55,274 nt of DNA, filler included, from Sphacelaria rigidula (GCA_964200075.2; 5 parts of 5 records of this genome joined end to end with filler, not necessarily neighbours in it); one strand, 5' to 3'; shown: positions 1 through 11,436, counted from the first letter of the whole stretch. Notes: generated by a model not told the origin, from the letters alone. Numbers and translations: made by a program.

Positions 1-437
1 AGACGCGCTTGGCCACCAAACAACAATGACCACAAAGCCTCTTCCTCACGCAGGTCTCACCACGTGTATGAAGTCCTTAGACTCCTCTTCCTGACCGCAC
101 CTGGCCAAGCGTGGAACAGGCAACCCTTGCTGGCTCCACCAGGCAGTGATTGCTCCGCTTTCTCTGGTACGCTCACGGGCTCGCCAGCTGTCAAACAACC
201 ACCCGCACCTCACGCACGAGCGATACCACAGCCCATCCTAGCACTGCCTCAGAACCTCCTCGGCTCTACTTCTCCAAATACTCGCGACGTTATTTCGCCT
301 TGAGCTGGTTTTGTTTGCTGCAAACTGATCAGGCCTGCAGACTTCCCTATCTTGATGTGTCAGCTGCTTGTCAGCGGACCTACCGCCATTCAGCGGACTT
401 AATGAACGTTCATTTTAGACCTCCATCACTCAAGATC
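1..437 (-). mobile_element. Inverted partial copy of Ty3/gypsy element A (3' part of LTR, PBS and leader), cut off by the contig start
   Basis: The reverse complement of 1-437 aligns along its length with about 672-1107 (e.g. ...gatagggaagtctgcaggcctgatcagtttgcagc... and gacagc-tggcgagcccgtga). Confidence 0.85.
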
Positions 438-919
438 TGTAGGCTCTAGCCACCATAACTACCCAAGATCAGGGATATTGTGTAGGTGGAGTTGCGGGTC
501 TGAATGCCGGACTCTATGATGGTGACCTCCATGACGAGTAGGCTTGATTTTGCCACTCTGGTCGAGAGCGGCTATGGTCCTGTTCTCCTGTACTATGCTG
601 AAGGTTAATATGTGAATAACTAAAGCTGCTGAAGTCCATGTGCCTGTGATGGGAGGAGTCCACATGGCAATCTGATCTTGAATAACGGAAGTCTACCATG
701 AACGTTCATTAAGTCCGCTGACTAGGGGTAGGTCCGCTGAAACGCAGCTGACATTTCAAGATAGGGAAGTCTGCAGGCCTGATCAGTTTGCAGCGAACAA
801 GACCAGCTCAAGGCGTGTTAACGTCGCGGAGTTGGAGAAGTAGAGCCGAGGAGGTTCTGAGGCGGTGCTGGGGTGGGCTGCGGTATCGCTCGTGCGAGAG
901 GTGCGCGGGTTGACCGACA
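438..919 (+). repeat. 5' LTR of element A
   Basis: TG...CA termini, PBS 2 nt downstream, patchy similarity to 3979-4404 and 7878-8287. Confidence 0.6.
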
Positions 920-983
920 GCTGGCGAGCCCGTGAACGTTCCAGAAAAGCGGCGAAATTACTACCTGGTGGAGGCAGCGAGAG

Positions 984-1709
984 TTGCTTGTTCCACGCTT
1001 GGCCAGGTACGGTCAGGAAGAGGAGTCTAAGGACTTCAAGACGTGGTGGGAACCGCGTGAGAAGGAGACGTGTGTGGTCGTCGTTGTAAGGTGGTACAGT
1101 GCATCTTGGTATAAGGATAGAAATGTTGTTCCTGTGAGTGGGAGGCGACTTCGTTCAAAAAGGCGTGTGGAGTGCTGTACTGCTGACCGAAATGTACGAG
1201 GTGCAGGGTATGTCGCGGTGAACGGCTATGTTGTTCGTGCGCCGCAAGAATATCTTGTCATCGATGGTCGCGCTGTCTATGTACGGTTTCTGGGTATGCC
1301 CTGCTACAGTCGCAAGTTCTCAAGTGAAAAATCTGCTCAGTTTCTGCGGAAGTACGAGGACTACCTTCGTGAGGTGCATGCAACGAACGAGCGTCAAGCA
1401 CGCTGGCACGTTGTTGAGGAGCCAGCGGTCTCTGACATCATGCCCGCATATATTGAAAACTGTCTATGTGACACATTTTTTAATGGTGCGAATGATGTTG
1501 GGCAAGAGAAATTTCTCTTTGCGCTGCGCGAGCATGCATCTTATAAATCGCCGAGTGTGGTGCAAGATAGTGTGAAGGTCGGCGGCGGTGGAGACAGGCG
1601 CGGCATTTTGACGGGCAAGAAGGCGACACAACATAGGCCTGTCCGAGTGCGTAGGCACGAGAGAGCTAGAGGCGTTGCCGCTATTGCCGTCAAGGAGCAA
1701 GCCGGATAG
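984..1709 (+). pseudogene. gag-like ORF remnant of element A
   Basis: LGMPCYSRKFSSEKSAQFLRKYEDY...AVSDIMPAYIENCL...ALREHASYK aligns with LKAPEYGRHFSENASRRFYQKYVEY...AVTELVPKHIRACL...ALGRHAKYR of the 8398 gag. Confidence 0.7.
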
Positions 1710-3978
1710 AAGGTGGCGGCTGTAGCGAGTATGGATGATACTGCTGCTGCTGTTGGCGATGTTCTGACGGCGAGGCCTACATGGGTCAATGAGCAAGTAC
1801 TGGTGGGCGGAGGTCCCAGTTGCTTGTTGCCGCCGGACCAGTGCGTAGCTGGAGATACTCTTTGCATGCTCGAAGCTGCAGGGGGGTGTTATTCGCGCAT
1901 GGCGAGCGAGCAGGGTGAGCTTGGAGCTTGCCGTGGTCATCGTGAATTTATCTGCACCGGTGACAGGGCGGGGGATCGTTCAGATGACTCGCAGGGATGT
2001 CTGCTTGAAGGACAGGTGGATGCCCGGGTTGGCGGAATTGCCGCCGGAGCAGCGCGTAGCTGTGGACACGCCTTGTATGATCGAAACAGTAGGGGCGTGT
2101 GACCCGCGTGAAGCGGGTACGCAGAGCGAGCTGCGAGCTCGTGATGGTATTAGCGATCACTATTTTGACCGCGGCGACGAGCGTGGCGTGGTGTTGGGAT
2201 GGTCGTGTGCACTGCTGTTTACATGGACAGCTTTGGGGTATTTGGCGGCGATGGTGGAGGTGTCTCCACTGTTTCGCCGCGGGGTGTTTGAGGAGGATAG
2301 TGTGCCATCAGGAGGTGTTGCTGTTCGGGACTGTGTAGCTGTTCTCGTTTCGCCTCTGGTTTCCTCTGTAAAACTGACTGAAGCACAGGTTTCCAGCACT
2401 ACCCAAGTATCTATGGAGACAGATGATTCGTTTCAGTGGTTTGGCGGTGCGAATATACCTGTTAGAGGCGTGTTGAGCTACACCATGGGGGTGCCAGGTG
2501 TAGCTAGACTGAAGGTGCAAGGAGGGAGTGTTCGAGTGGAAACGCTGCTATACGCTGTGCACGGGGTTGTGGTTCGAGTGCTTCTGTTTCTCAGGAGCGG
2601 GCTGGAGGACTACAAAGAAGGCATTACCTGAGGTGTTTGCTATTGCGGTGAGCGCCGAGTTGGGTACTGATATTGAGGAGCAAGCGCTGAGGTGATCGAG
2701 TGCTTGTTGAGAATGAGGAAACACATTATGACTGGTATTCGCGAATCGTTTTGAGAACGATCGCAGCTTGTCATTGTGTGGTTTGTGGTCATGTTTGCGC
2801 ATGAAACATGGTTGTTGAGCGAGTATGGTCGTATCGCGTGTGCAGGGTAAAACTCTGGCGTACACGTGTATATTTGGCATGTGTGTGTTGTGCTGATCTG
2901 GTTGGCACGGACGATGCATGGTTTTTGCTGCGAGGAAGGTGGCATTGCATGTGCTGAGTGAAATATTGACGTACATGTGCGGATTTTCATATGCGGAGTG
3001 GAACTTTGGCAGGCATGTGCGAATTTCTTCTCAAATGATACTGATATGAATGGTATTTGGTGACGACCTAGGGTTGGGTAGTTTTCAATATACTGCTATA
3101 TGCTAATTGAAGGGAGGGTTGTATAATCTTGTTCGCGCAGGAACGCAGTCGAATCATATTTGTGCGGTTTGCCCGTACTGACTGCAGGATATGACACTTT
3201 CTACGATAGCCCCCCCCCAAAAAGTGTATGGTTTTGGGAGGCAAGATCTTCACGTAAATCGAAATGGGAAAAGCCGAGCACGACGAGCAGCTGGGAATTC
3301 CCACACTTTCGTTCGTTCTCGCCAATGTTGCCAATATGAGACGCTTCATGCAGCCTGAACCCAAACATCAGGCGCTGTATGGCCATTTTTTTCGTGACAC
3401 TTTTAGGCTGGTTTGGGGGGGGGGCTATCGTAGAAAGTCTCATATGTGGATTGCTGGTGTTAGCTTGAAATGAGCTGACATATACGAAATGCGTAGACCC
3501 GTCGCCGCAGTTGGATTGGCATGCATGGCTTGAACAGCGGTTTGAGCCATGGCTTTCTTTTGACAGTCTTGATGAAATGAAGCTAAGTTGAAGCATTGAA
3601 GCTTTGACGGCGGGGAGGCATGCGATGCATACGTTTTTCACGGGATTGCAGAAGCAAGAGACCAGGTGCGGTTTAGACCTGTCGGGTACTTATTTCCTTG
3701 TAGCGTAAGGATGACGTATCATTTGGCTCTTGCACTTCGTTGCGCAGGTATTGAACGTACAAAGAGTGCATTTTGTATGTTGAGATTTACCTTGTCTCGG
3801 TTTCGGATCTCTTGCGAGCAGTTCGGAAATTGGACGAGATCGTATGGCTGTTATCGCATACTGCGGTAGGGATTGCAATTCCATGTGAAAAATGACGGTA
3901 GACTTCGGCGACAAGGATCTCTGAGTTTATCAAGCTCTAGGTTGACTACTGGTTGGAGTAAGCACGCTTTGGGGGTGC

Positions 3979-4404
3979 TGTAGACTCCGGGCAACATTGT
4001 TACCTTGATTCAGTACATGAATGCAGCGGAGAAAAGGCATAGGAGGCGTATAAAGGCTGGTTGATGGATAACGGGTCTGAGAGTATGATCGATGGACTCC
4101 GTCATGTGTGGTGTTCGCATACGAGGCGCAGGATCACTTCTGGTTAACGAAGACTGTTGTTTCTATAACTGCTTGAGGCTTGAAGTCTCTGAAGCTCGTG
4201 ACAGGGAGGAAGCCTCTGGAGCAGCACTGTGACCTTGTTCTCATTTCAGACAGGCCTACAGGCTTTACATTTGTAATTAGGGTATTTGAAGACCCAAGAC
4301 TGCAGGTCTATTCAGAGTTGGTCAGGTACGAGTGTGAGTTTGTATAGGGCAGAGACGATGATGGCTTGAGCATCCCTTGGGCAAGCGAGAGCCACCCTCT
4401 GACA
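3979..4404 (+). repeat. 3' LTR (diverged), preceded by a polypurine-tract-like G run
   Basis: GGGGGTGC|TGTAGAC start and CTCTGACA end; block 4130-4245 clearly matches 8030-8140 (cttgaagt...gggaggaagcc...gagcag...tgtgaccttgttct). Confidence 0.6.
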
Positions 4405-5459
4405 CTACCATCTACTGCCTCTGTCAGCAAGAAGTCTACCACTGGTGAGACTGATATACTGAGCGTGAGATTGGATTGATTGAGTGGATGCTGGAAGGTT
4501 GAGACCAAGCAGTAAAGAAGAAGATATAACTGCGCGTGAGAATTTTCTACTCATCGGACAAGTCCTGTGTGACACGATGCTTTGTTCTTTGGCCTGACCG
4601 TTCAGTCTTGAGGACTGACCCCCTTGCCTTGCCTAGTGAGCCTATGCTTGCCATAATAGCACCGTAACCTCATTCCATTCGGCGTTTAACTAAGGAGTCT
4701 CTCCTTTTGCAAGTGTATTTTCCTTTGCGACATAAATTTGCATCCCTGCTCGTCGAGCTGCGCGCGCGTGGCTCTTGTTGACCAAATTGTCTCCTTGTGG
4801 TTTTTGATACAGGTAGTCAAACCTATCTAGTTGCTTACACAGCTTGATATTCAGTTCTTAGTTACTGCAAAAAACGTTTCCCCCGTGTGTATCACCGTCT
4901 TAGTACTCATGACTCGCGACTCTTGCTGCTTGCTGCTTGCTGCAGCGCTTGACTGCACACCTTGTGCCACGCTGGGTCAATGCGAATTGCACGCCAGCTC
5001 CGCTTTGCTGTTTTTTTGTGGCGCAATCGCCAAAAACCGGTATACCGACGGTATTTTCGCCAACATCCGGTATAGCTCACACCCCCCTCAGAAAAGCTAC
5101 TAATGCAGCCGCCTGATTGGCCACATCCCGCCGCGTGCGCATTCTGGCGAAAACACACACGGTATACCTGTTGTTGGGAACTCGATTTGGCTTTCACCGG
5201 TGTTTGGCGGTGGTCTGATCGGTTTTTGGCGATCGAGACAGTAATGCTCAAGTTCCCGGCTAGCCCCAAAACACACGCGTCACCATATTCTATGTTACGT
5301 TTCGACGGCTGGCCGTTGGAGATCATAATATCCCGAGTTTCGTTTCGTCTATTCGATCACCCGCCGTTCTCGAGCTTTGCCCGTCAATCCGACAACGAGC
5401 ACGCTTTGTCAATCCGTCAACGAACACGCCTTGTCGATCCGACAAAGCACGCGGTGGTT

Positions 5460-6125
5460 CCACGGGTTTGAAGAGAACCTTCAGTTCAAAGCACACGGCG
5501 CCCTGTGCTGTGTTTACTCCTGGCTGGCTGTCACGAGCCCACGAACCTACGACGGTGGCACCCAGAACGTCCCAAGATGGCCGCCCCTTCCCAATCTTAC
5601 CAAGTCAACAGCGTTGCAATGAAACAGAGATTGCTGTACAATGATTGCAAACAGCTGCGCGCACACTCCGAGTGAGCGTTCCTCTCGACCGGTGAGGGCA
5701 TGATCGCTGGCAGGGGCGGCAGCAAGCAAAAGGCGTATTACTGTTGCATGAGAAGATACGACGAAGCGACGAGGACAGAGCTAGGGTGCACCGCCGCTAT
5801 CCGTGCCTCGAAGCAATGCACGGGGGATTGGAAAACGTCGTTCGTTGACCTTAACCACGTGAACTGCGCTGGCAGCACGACCACAGCATCCATCAGAGCG
5901 GTGCAACCTCTCGTGGATGAGACCCTGCGGCTAAATCCGACCATGACGGGCAAAGACCTGAAAAAAACGGTGCAGACTCTGACGGGGGCGGTTTTCTCGG
6001 AACGCTCGGCGCTCCGAGCCCGTTCCAACGTACGACAAGAGGGCGAAGCAGAAATCGCGGAAACGTACATGTACGTGGAGTCATATCTCGACGAGCTCGA
6101 GAGCCACCAGTGACATGCTTGGAGG
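5460..6125 (+). mobile_element. Mutator/MULE transposase remnant, N-terminal part
   Basis: ORF 5700-6113 (YCC...GCTAAIRASK...DWK...LNHVNC...LRLNPTMTGKDLKKTVQ...FSERSALRAR...ETYMYVESYLDEL) has the C-x-C...W...H-x-C DNA-binding region and downstream helices typical of MuDR transposases. It stops before the DDE core. Confidence 0.7.
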
Positions 6126-6309
6126 TAAGGTGGTTGTTTCCTCACTGGTGGCTGCGGGTGTCCTGTTCTGCTGATCGACTGCAGTTCAAAATTCCGTGTT
6201 ATTGACTGTTGTACTAGAATTCCGATATTCAAGTCGTCGACGCAAGTCGAATATTAATGCCAGCACCCGTGATGTCGCACTCGCGGGTATAAGCTCACGT
6301 TTCATGCAC

Positions 6310-6940
6310 CCCCGCGTTCGGTGCCCCTTCAATCATTTCGTCCTCGTACGCACGTTGCCACGAGGCCGAAAGATGCGTCTGGACGGTTCAAACGAGCTTT
6401 CGTCATGCTGGGGAAGGCAGCACATGTCGCTGTGAATAGAGTCCCGAAGGTGAGACAAGAATGAAAACGAAGCGAGAGGTGACACGTTTGTGGTTCTGAG
6501 GGTTGGGGGTTTGTGCCTTCGCCGAGAAATTGCGATACCGAACTCTCTGGAGATGTTTCGCCACCCCTTGTTTTTTAGTATAGAGTGCGTCAGAGTTTCA
6601 TCCTGCGTCTCAGGTGTGAAGCGCAAAGCACCAGGCAAACCTGTGCGCTAGTTAGGTGAAGCCTTAGGCGTCAGCGTCCGACGTGTTGGCGTCGGGTTGG
6701 ACCCCTTCGATTGGCACGCGTATGACGGGGGACAATACCCTCTACTGCAAAACCAATGTTGCCTTCATGCAGCAGTCACAGCACTATGGTACGTCTTTTG
6801 CTACAGCGGCCACGACCCCTGAAGATGAACGCCGTGTCGACCATCGCAAGAAAAAATCCAATGGTTTCTTTTCCGCTTCTACCATGACGCATGCAGCGTG
6901 CGAATACGTAGCTGTGAGCATTTGCGGTCCTCCATTTCTT
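6310..6940 (-). mobile_element. Possible MULE C-terminal remnant (SWIM-like and zinc-knuckle-like motifs)
   Basis: The minus strand reads GGPQMLTATYSHAACVMVEAEKKPLDFF (SWIM-like PQ...HA pattern) near 6850-6930 and K*LKGHRTRGC near 6310-6340; heavily degenerate. Confidence 0.35.
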
Positions 6941-7224
6941 CAATGTCAAGACTCACCCTTTTGCGCAGACCCGCGGTCGGAATGTTGAAAAACACAGGCG
7001 AATTGTACGAGGCTAAGACAATATTATATCATAAAACATACCATATATTATGTATATGCTTGTTCTCCTGAGTATATATGATCCATTTATATATTATATG
7101 TGTAAATTTATACCGAGGGGCAGTATACACTACTGGGGAAAATATCATATCTAATTATATATTATATAATGTAAAAATATATGTTTAATAGACATGCTTA
7201 TTATATTATATGAGCAATAGCGAA

Positions 7225-7850
7225 CACACACCCCGCAAACCCCACCAGACTTTTCTGATTTTGATGATGTTCGTTCATCAATTTCTTGCAGCAAAGGTAA
7301 CAGAGAAATATTGAAAAAAATCAGATTAATTTTCATTTTCGATTAAATGCGCTCGGCGTCTGAGGTCATGGAGACGGAGCGGGCAAAGAGTAGAAGCAGA
7401 TATACGAACCGCGCAAATCCCAACAGACTTTCCGGTTTCTGCCAGCGTTCATCGATCGATTTCCTGTAAGAAGCTGAATGAAAGAATCGAAACAGTGTTC
7501 ATTGATCAGTTTCTAGGAACAAAGCTGTAAGAAACATATGGCGAAAAAATTCGGTATCTTAATTGTCGACAAACGCGTAGGCGCTATAGGACAAGAAAGG
7601 GCTGTAGAAAACTAGGAAATGAGGCTGCGAAACCCAGGGAAGACAAAGAAACGGCTAATCCAACAAGATCTAATTGTCGACAAACTGCCCCCTGGAATTT
7701 AAGGTCGCCGGGACAGAGCGGGCAAGTAGCAGAAGCAGATGTACAAACCCCGCAAAGCCCCCCAGACTTTTCGGTTTGTGCCAGCGTTAGTTGATCAATT
7801 TCTTACGATAAAGGTGACGAAAAATATTGGTGAAACAAATCATGACAAAT
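7225..7850 (+). repeat. Three diverged copies of a ~100-170-bp unit
   Basis: Copies start near 7227, 7407 and 7746 (cgcaaa-c-cc-cagactt...catc/gatcaatttc); the second and third share the leader gagcgggcaa...agaagcagat. Confidence 0.7.
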
Positions 7851-8397
7851 TTCGAAAAAAAGCCCTCTGGGAGGGGCTGTAGAGTAGTCCACCTCTAGTA
7901 CACGTACATGCAGGTTCATAATGATATACAAGTGGAACAATCTGCTCTAGGTGTTTTCTATTGGTTGACGGACTTGCGGGTAGGATCGGCAGACTATGTG
8001 GATTTGGACGTCACATGCTCCATGCATGTGGTTACTTCCGATAACGAAGGCTGTGTGTTTATGAATAACAACTGTCTTGAAGTGTCCAGGCCCTGGTGAG
8101 GGAGGAAGCCCTCGGAGCAGTCTTGTGACCTTGTTCTGAGTCCAGGAGGGCTCTATTATAAACGTTTAATAAGAGGAACCCGCTGGTGTCTGGAAAAGGT
8201 TTTTCAGGTGTGGGCAGCTGCGGAGAAATTATCTCAAACTTTGTACACAGGAGTGTGCACTCTGTAACGTGAGGGAGCTCACTGACAAAGGAGAGACGGC
8301 TAGGTTGGCTGGAACTGTTGCGTGCAGCTATGGCAACGCGCAAGAGAGTGGGTGATGGCGATGCAGGCGAAGAGGTGAATTTAACTCTACTGAGCTT

Positions 8398-9258
8398 ATG
8401 CCTGCAGTATCGCTGAAAGCCCCAGAGTACGGACGGCATTTTAGCGAAAATGCGTCCCGACGTTTTTATCAGAAATACGTCGAGTATGACGAGGCGTTCA
8501 AAATGAACAACAAAGAACGTAGTAGTATGCAGGCCGTCTTACTGGCTGTTACTGAACTGGTGCCGAAGCACATCCGTGCGTGTTTGTCACGCGCGAGTTT
8601 TGACGGATCCGTGCTTGCCGAAGATGACCTCAAGGAGGCACTAGGCCGACACGCGAAATATCGGCAGGATAAAGAGATTGATCCTTCAGTTGCTGCTGCT
8701 GGTGTGCGGAAAGCGTTGGCGGCCCGCAACGAGCAAACTGCAATGGGGAGAGTAGAAGGGCAGTGGGGTGCCCTGGAGGAATTTTTTGCGGAGAATGCTA
8801 GCGCTGAGCGTGCGTTCCGCGATGATGCAGATGTCAAACCAGGACCCGCTCAAATCATAACCCGGGAAATGTTGAATGGACTGACTCCCCCCGAATTCAA
8901 AACTAAAGTCCTCAACGTGTTGAACATGAAGGGGGGGTGGAAGGAGGACCCTGGGCTTATGTTTAACACGGCTCGGGAAGCAGCGGAGGCATGGAAGACG
9001 GTGGAAAAGGCGGATAGTCAGCGCCGTCAGCAGCCGCAGCTGAAACAAAGTAGTGGCAATGGGACTTCCGGAAGCAAGCGCCGACCAAATGGTGGAAAAA
9101 CGGCGAGCAGTGGAAGTGGGAGTGCCAGTTCCGGGAAAACCCGCAAACTAGGCCCGAACTATGCAGGATGTTTCATATGTGGAGACAAGGACCATTTCTG
9201 GAAGGATTGCAAGCAGCAAGGCCAGGCTGGTGCTACACAACGTAGTGACGGTGGGTAG
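8398..9258 (+). pseudogene. gag of element B (CCHC zinc knuckle CFICGDKDHFWKDC)
   Basis: 286-aa ORF with C-X2-C-X4-H-X4-C. The likely original start is ATG 8330, lost by frameshift; the reading frame continues past the TAG at 9256. Confidence 0.85.
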
Positions 9259-9580
9259 GCGAAGGCTGGCGACAAGCAGCAGCAAGAACAGCAGCTGTCG
9301 CAGTGCCCTGCACAGGTGCCTCGTGGAGGGGGCACGAGTCCCGCTCCTACAAGGGCTGTCTTTTCAGTCGAGGGACAGGGTTCTCCCAGCGGGGGGGCGA
9401 CGTTGCCACCAGAACCGGTCGCTTCTACTGGTGGCGTGTAAAAGACCATCTCATCGCACTCTTTCCGGGGGTCAAAATCTGCGGCGGTGCCAGCATGGAG
9501 ATCGCTCAGAGCGGGTGAGGTGTCAGGTTTTCAATCTGAGGGTCTGCACGTAAAATAGCAAAGAAAGGTGTCTTGCCGAC

Positions 9581-9895
9581 TTGTCTGTACCGAGTGCAGG
9601 GGCAAAGGGTGTTTGTCCGGTCAAGGTCATTTTAGACTCGGGATCTGGACTTACGACCATGTCAGCTGGTGTAGCGGCGAAATTGCAAGCTATGGTTCGA
9701 GATGTTCGAGTGGTCACACCGATGGCTAATGAAAAGCTGGTGACACTGGCTAACGGCAATGTTGAGCGCGTGAAGCAGAAAACTTGCCCTGTCCGAACCA
9801 CTTTACACACCAGCTGGGGACCGGTTGTGCTGGACCCATGTTCACATGCGGTCATGCCGGGTGCGAGCGGTTGTTGTCGAGGAGTCCGGCGATGA
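9581..9895 (+). pseudogene. Retropepsin aspartic protease of element B
   Basis: PVKVILDSGSGLTTMS active-site motif and LVTLANG flap motif. Confidence 0.85.
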
Positions 9896-9987
9896 GCATA
9901 TCCCCATAACAAGAGCTTGCTGAGCTTGATGTTGCGTCGGAGGGGGCAGTATAAGCCGCCGCGGGTAACAGCATATCGGATAGCGAC

Positions 9988-10790
9988 GTGAGCCAGATTC
10001 GTGAGCCTGTACGGAACAGAGCGAGCGTTTTCAGGCGAGTGCTGCATGCTTGTCCGCCTGATCGCGTCGAGCCCTTGAACTTGAAATTCAAACCTGCTGC
10101 TGTGGAGGCAAAGGCTCGGCCGAGGGCGTACTTTCCGGTCAGGATGGCGTGGTTGGCACGCTGCATGGCAACGTTGGTGGCGCTCGGGCTCGTGTACTGC
10201 AGTTTGCAGGTAAAGTAGGCGAGAGCGGCGATTGCAACGCCCGGGAAGTCCTGTTTTCGCTGGATGAGTGAATACAAGGCGGGGGAGGGAGTTTCCCGTC
10301 ACCACAAGGAGGTGGTGCATGGTGCTCGCCAAGGGAAGGATTTTCATTTCAATTTTCTCAGTGTTGGCGAGCGAGGGTGGTCCGCTGGGAGATAATGGCT
10401 TGGACAAAGGAGATCGGTTCAAGTACATATTGGTAAGGATGGATGACCCGGTCGACTTCGTGCGGTTGGAGCCCGCGGAGTCTTGTACGGCGGCAACGAC
10501 GGTGAAGTATCTGTTGACACGGTGCAAAGAGCTGGGGCCGCAGGAGGGATGGGTCAGCGATACGGTATCGCAATATGAGAATCGTGTGATGAGAGTGCTC
10601 AAGAAGGCGCTGATGGATCGCAGATTCGTGGTGGCCAACTCGCGGTTGTCACATCGTGACTGTGAGCGAATGGTGCGTGACATTGTTCGTACCGTGAAGG
10701 TCATAATGCAGAGAGGGAGACGCGGTACCAACGGCTGGGTGGGTTGGTACCTGCAGTGCAGTGGGCAATGCACACTGGTTTTCGAGACAG
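9988..10790 (+). pseudogene. RT N-terminus fused to integrase catalytic core (pol remnant of element B)
   Basis: RT motifs up to FRWMSEYKA, then GEGVSR...VHG...FHFNFL and the rve core through QWAMHTGFR; contains stops and frameshifts. Confidence 0.8.
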
Positions 10791-10976
10791 CTGTGAGAGC
10801 TGTAGCTGCATCTATGATGCGAGGAGCGACTGTTGGAATGGAAATGCCGCTCTACGGTGTGGACGAGATTGTAGCCGGAGAACTGCTGTTTCTCAGGAGG
10901 AGCGCAGGAGAATTACAAGGCAGGCATTGCCTGAGGTGCTCGATGTTGCGGTGAGCGCCGGGTTGGGTGATGTTAA

Positions 10977-11076
10977 NNNNNNNNNNNNNNNNNNNNNNNN
11001 NNNNNNNNNNNNNNNNNNNNTTAATTAATTAANNNNNNNNNNNNNNNNNNNNNNNNNNNNNNNNNNNNNNNNNNNN
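10977..11076. other. Artificial contig-joining spacer (N44-TTAATTAATTAA-N44)
   Basis: Exactly 100 nt; the central 12-mer puts stops in all six frames; identical to the other three spacers. Confidence 0.97.
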
Positions 11077-11436
11077 CTCCCCCTTGCTTCTCCCCCATCT
11101 TCGCCCTCACCAGTGCCACATGATGGCACTGCTCTGGAGTTGGTGAGATTCCTTAGAGCTAGCCTTACACAGCGAATTGAACGGCAACAAAGCGCCAAAC
11201 AGCAAGCGCGACATCGTGCAGCATATCATATGCATATCTTGCAATCTCAGACAGCAGGCGGGACCTCACCCTATTGTATCCAAAACTCGAGACGCGCCAA
11301 GTAACGACTTCGTGGTACTAATATTTCAAACTTTCGTTCGTTTCACAGGATGTACAACCGTACGAGTAGTTCATACACGACGACACGGGCACTTTCTTTC
11401 ACACACACTAGAAGCAGCTGCCAGCAGCACACCCAC

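Larger units (their letters stand above)
438..4404 (+). mobile_element. Degenerate Ty3/gypsy LTR retrotransposon (element A)
   Basis: 5' LTR about 438-919 (TGTAGG...GACA), followed by PBS-like TGGCGAGCCCG at 922. Gag-like ORF 984-1709 resembles the gag at 8398. Protease-like remnant about 2440-2610. Frameshifted W-x-D-D RT motif near 3055. Integrase remnant about 3150-3700. G-tract then TGTAGA at 3979 begins a diverged LTR ending TGACA at 4404. No target-site duplication seen. Confidence 0.72.
7878..10976 (+). mobile_element. Ty3/gypsy LTR retrotransposon B, internally deleted and truncated by the contig end
   Basis: LTR about 7878-8287 (TGTAGA...CTGACA, with TATAAA at about 8157). Then gag with a CCHC knuckle, protease ILDSGSG, RT N-terminus PPDRVEPL...ARPRAY...WL...LVALGLV, and integrase core YILVRMDD...LEP...WVSD...CERMVRDI. 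The PR-RT-IN order is the Ty3 order. Confidence 0.9.

Noticed and set aside
2700..3150. Element A sharing element B's RT deletion breakpoint
   Set aside because: A still shows a frameshifted W-x-D-D motif near 3055 and a C-x2-C remnant near 3165, so its losses are different.
3897..4441. GGTAGACTTC...GAAGTCTACC inverted ends suggesting a DIRS-like element
   Set aside because: Only about 10 bp. Better-supported direct LTR boundaries exist (3979-4404), and the elements encode a DDE integrase rather than a tyrosine recombinase.
9523..10773. 416-aa minus-strand ORF as a gene
   Set aside because: It is the antisense shadow of the pol remnant and has no recognisable motifs.
11021..11032. TTAATTAATTAA recurring every ~11 kb as a biological motif
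   Set aside because: Always centred in 44+44 Ns; it is a six-frame-stop assembly linker.
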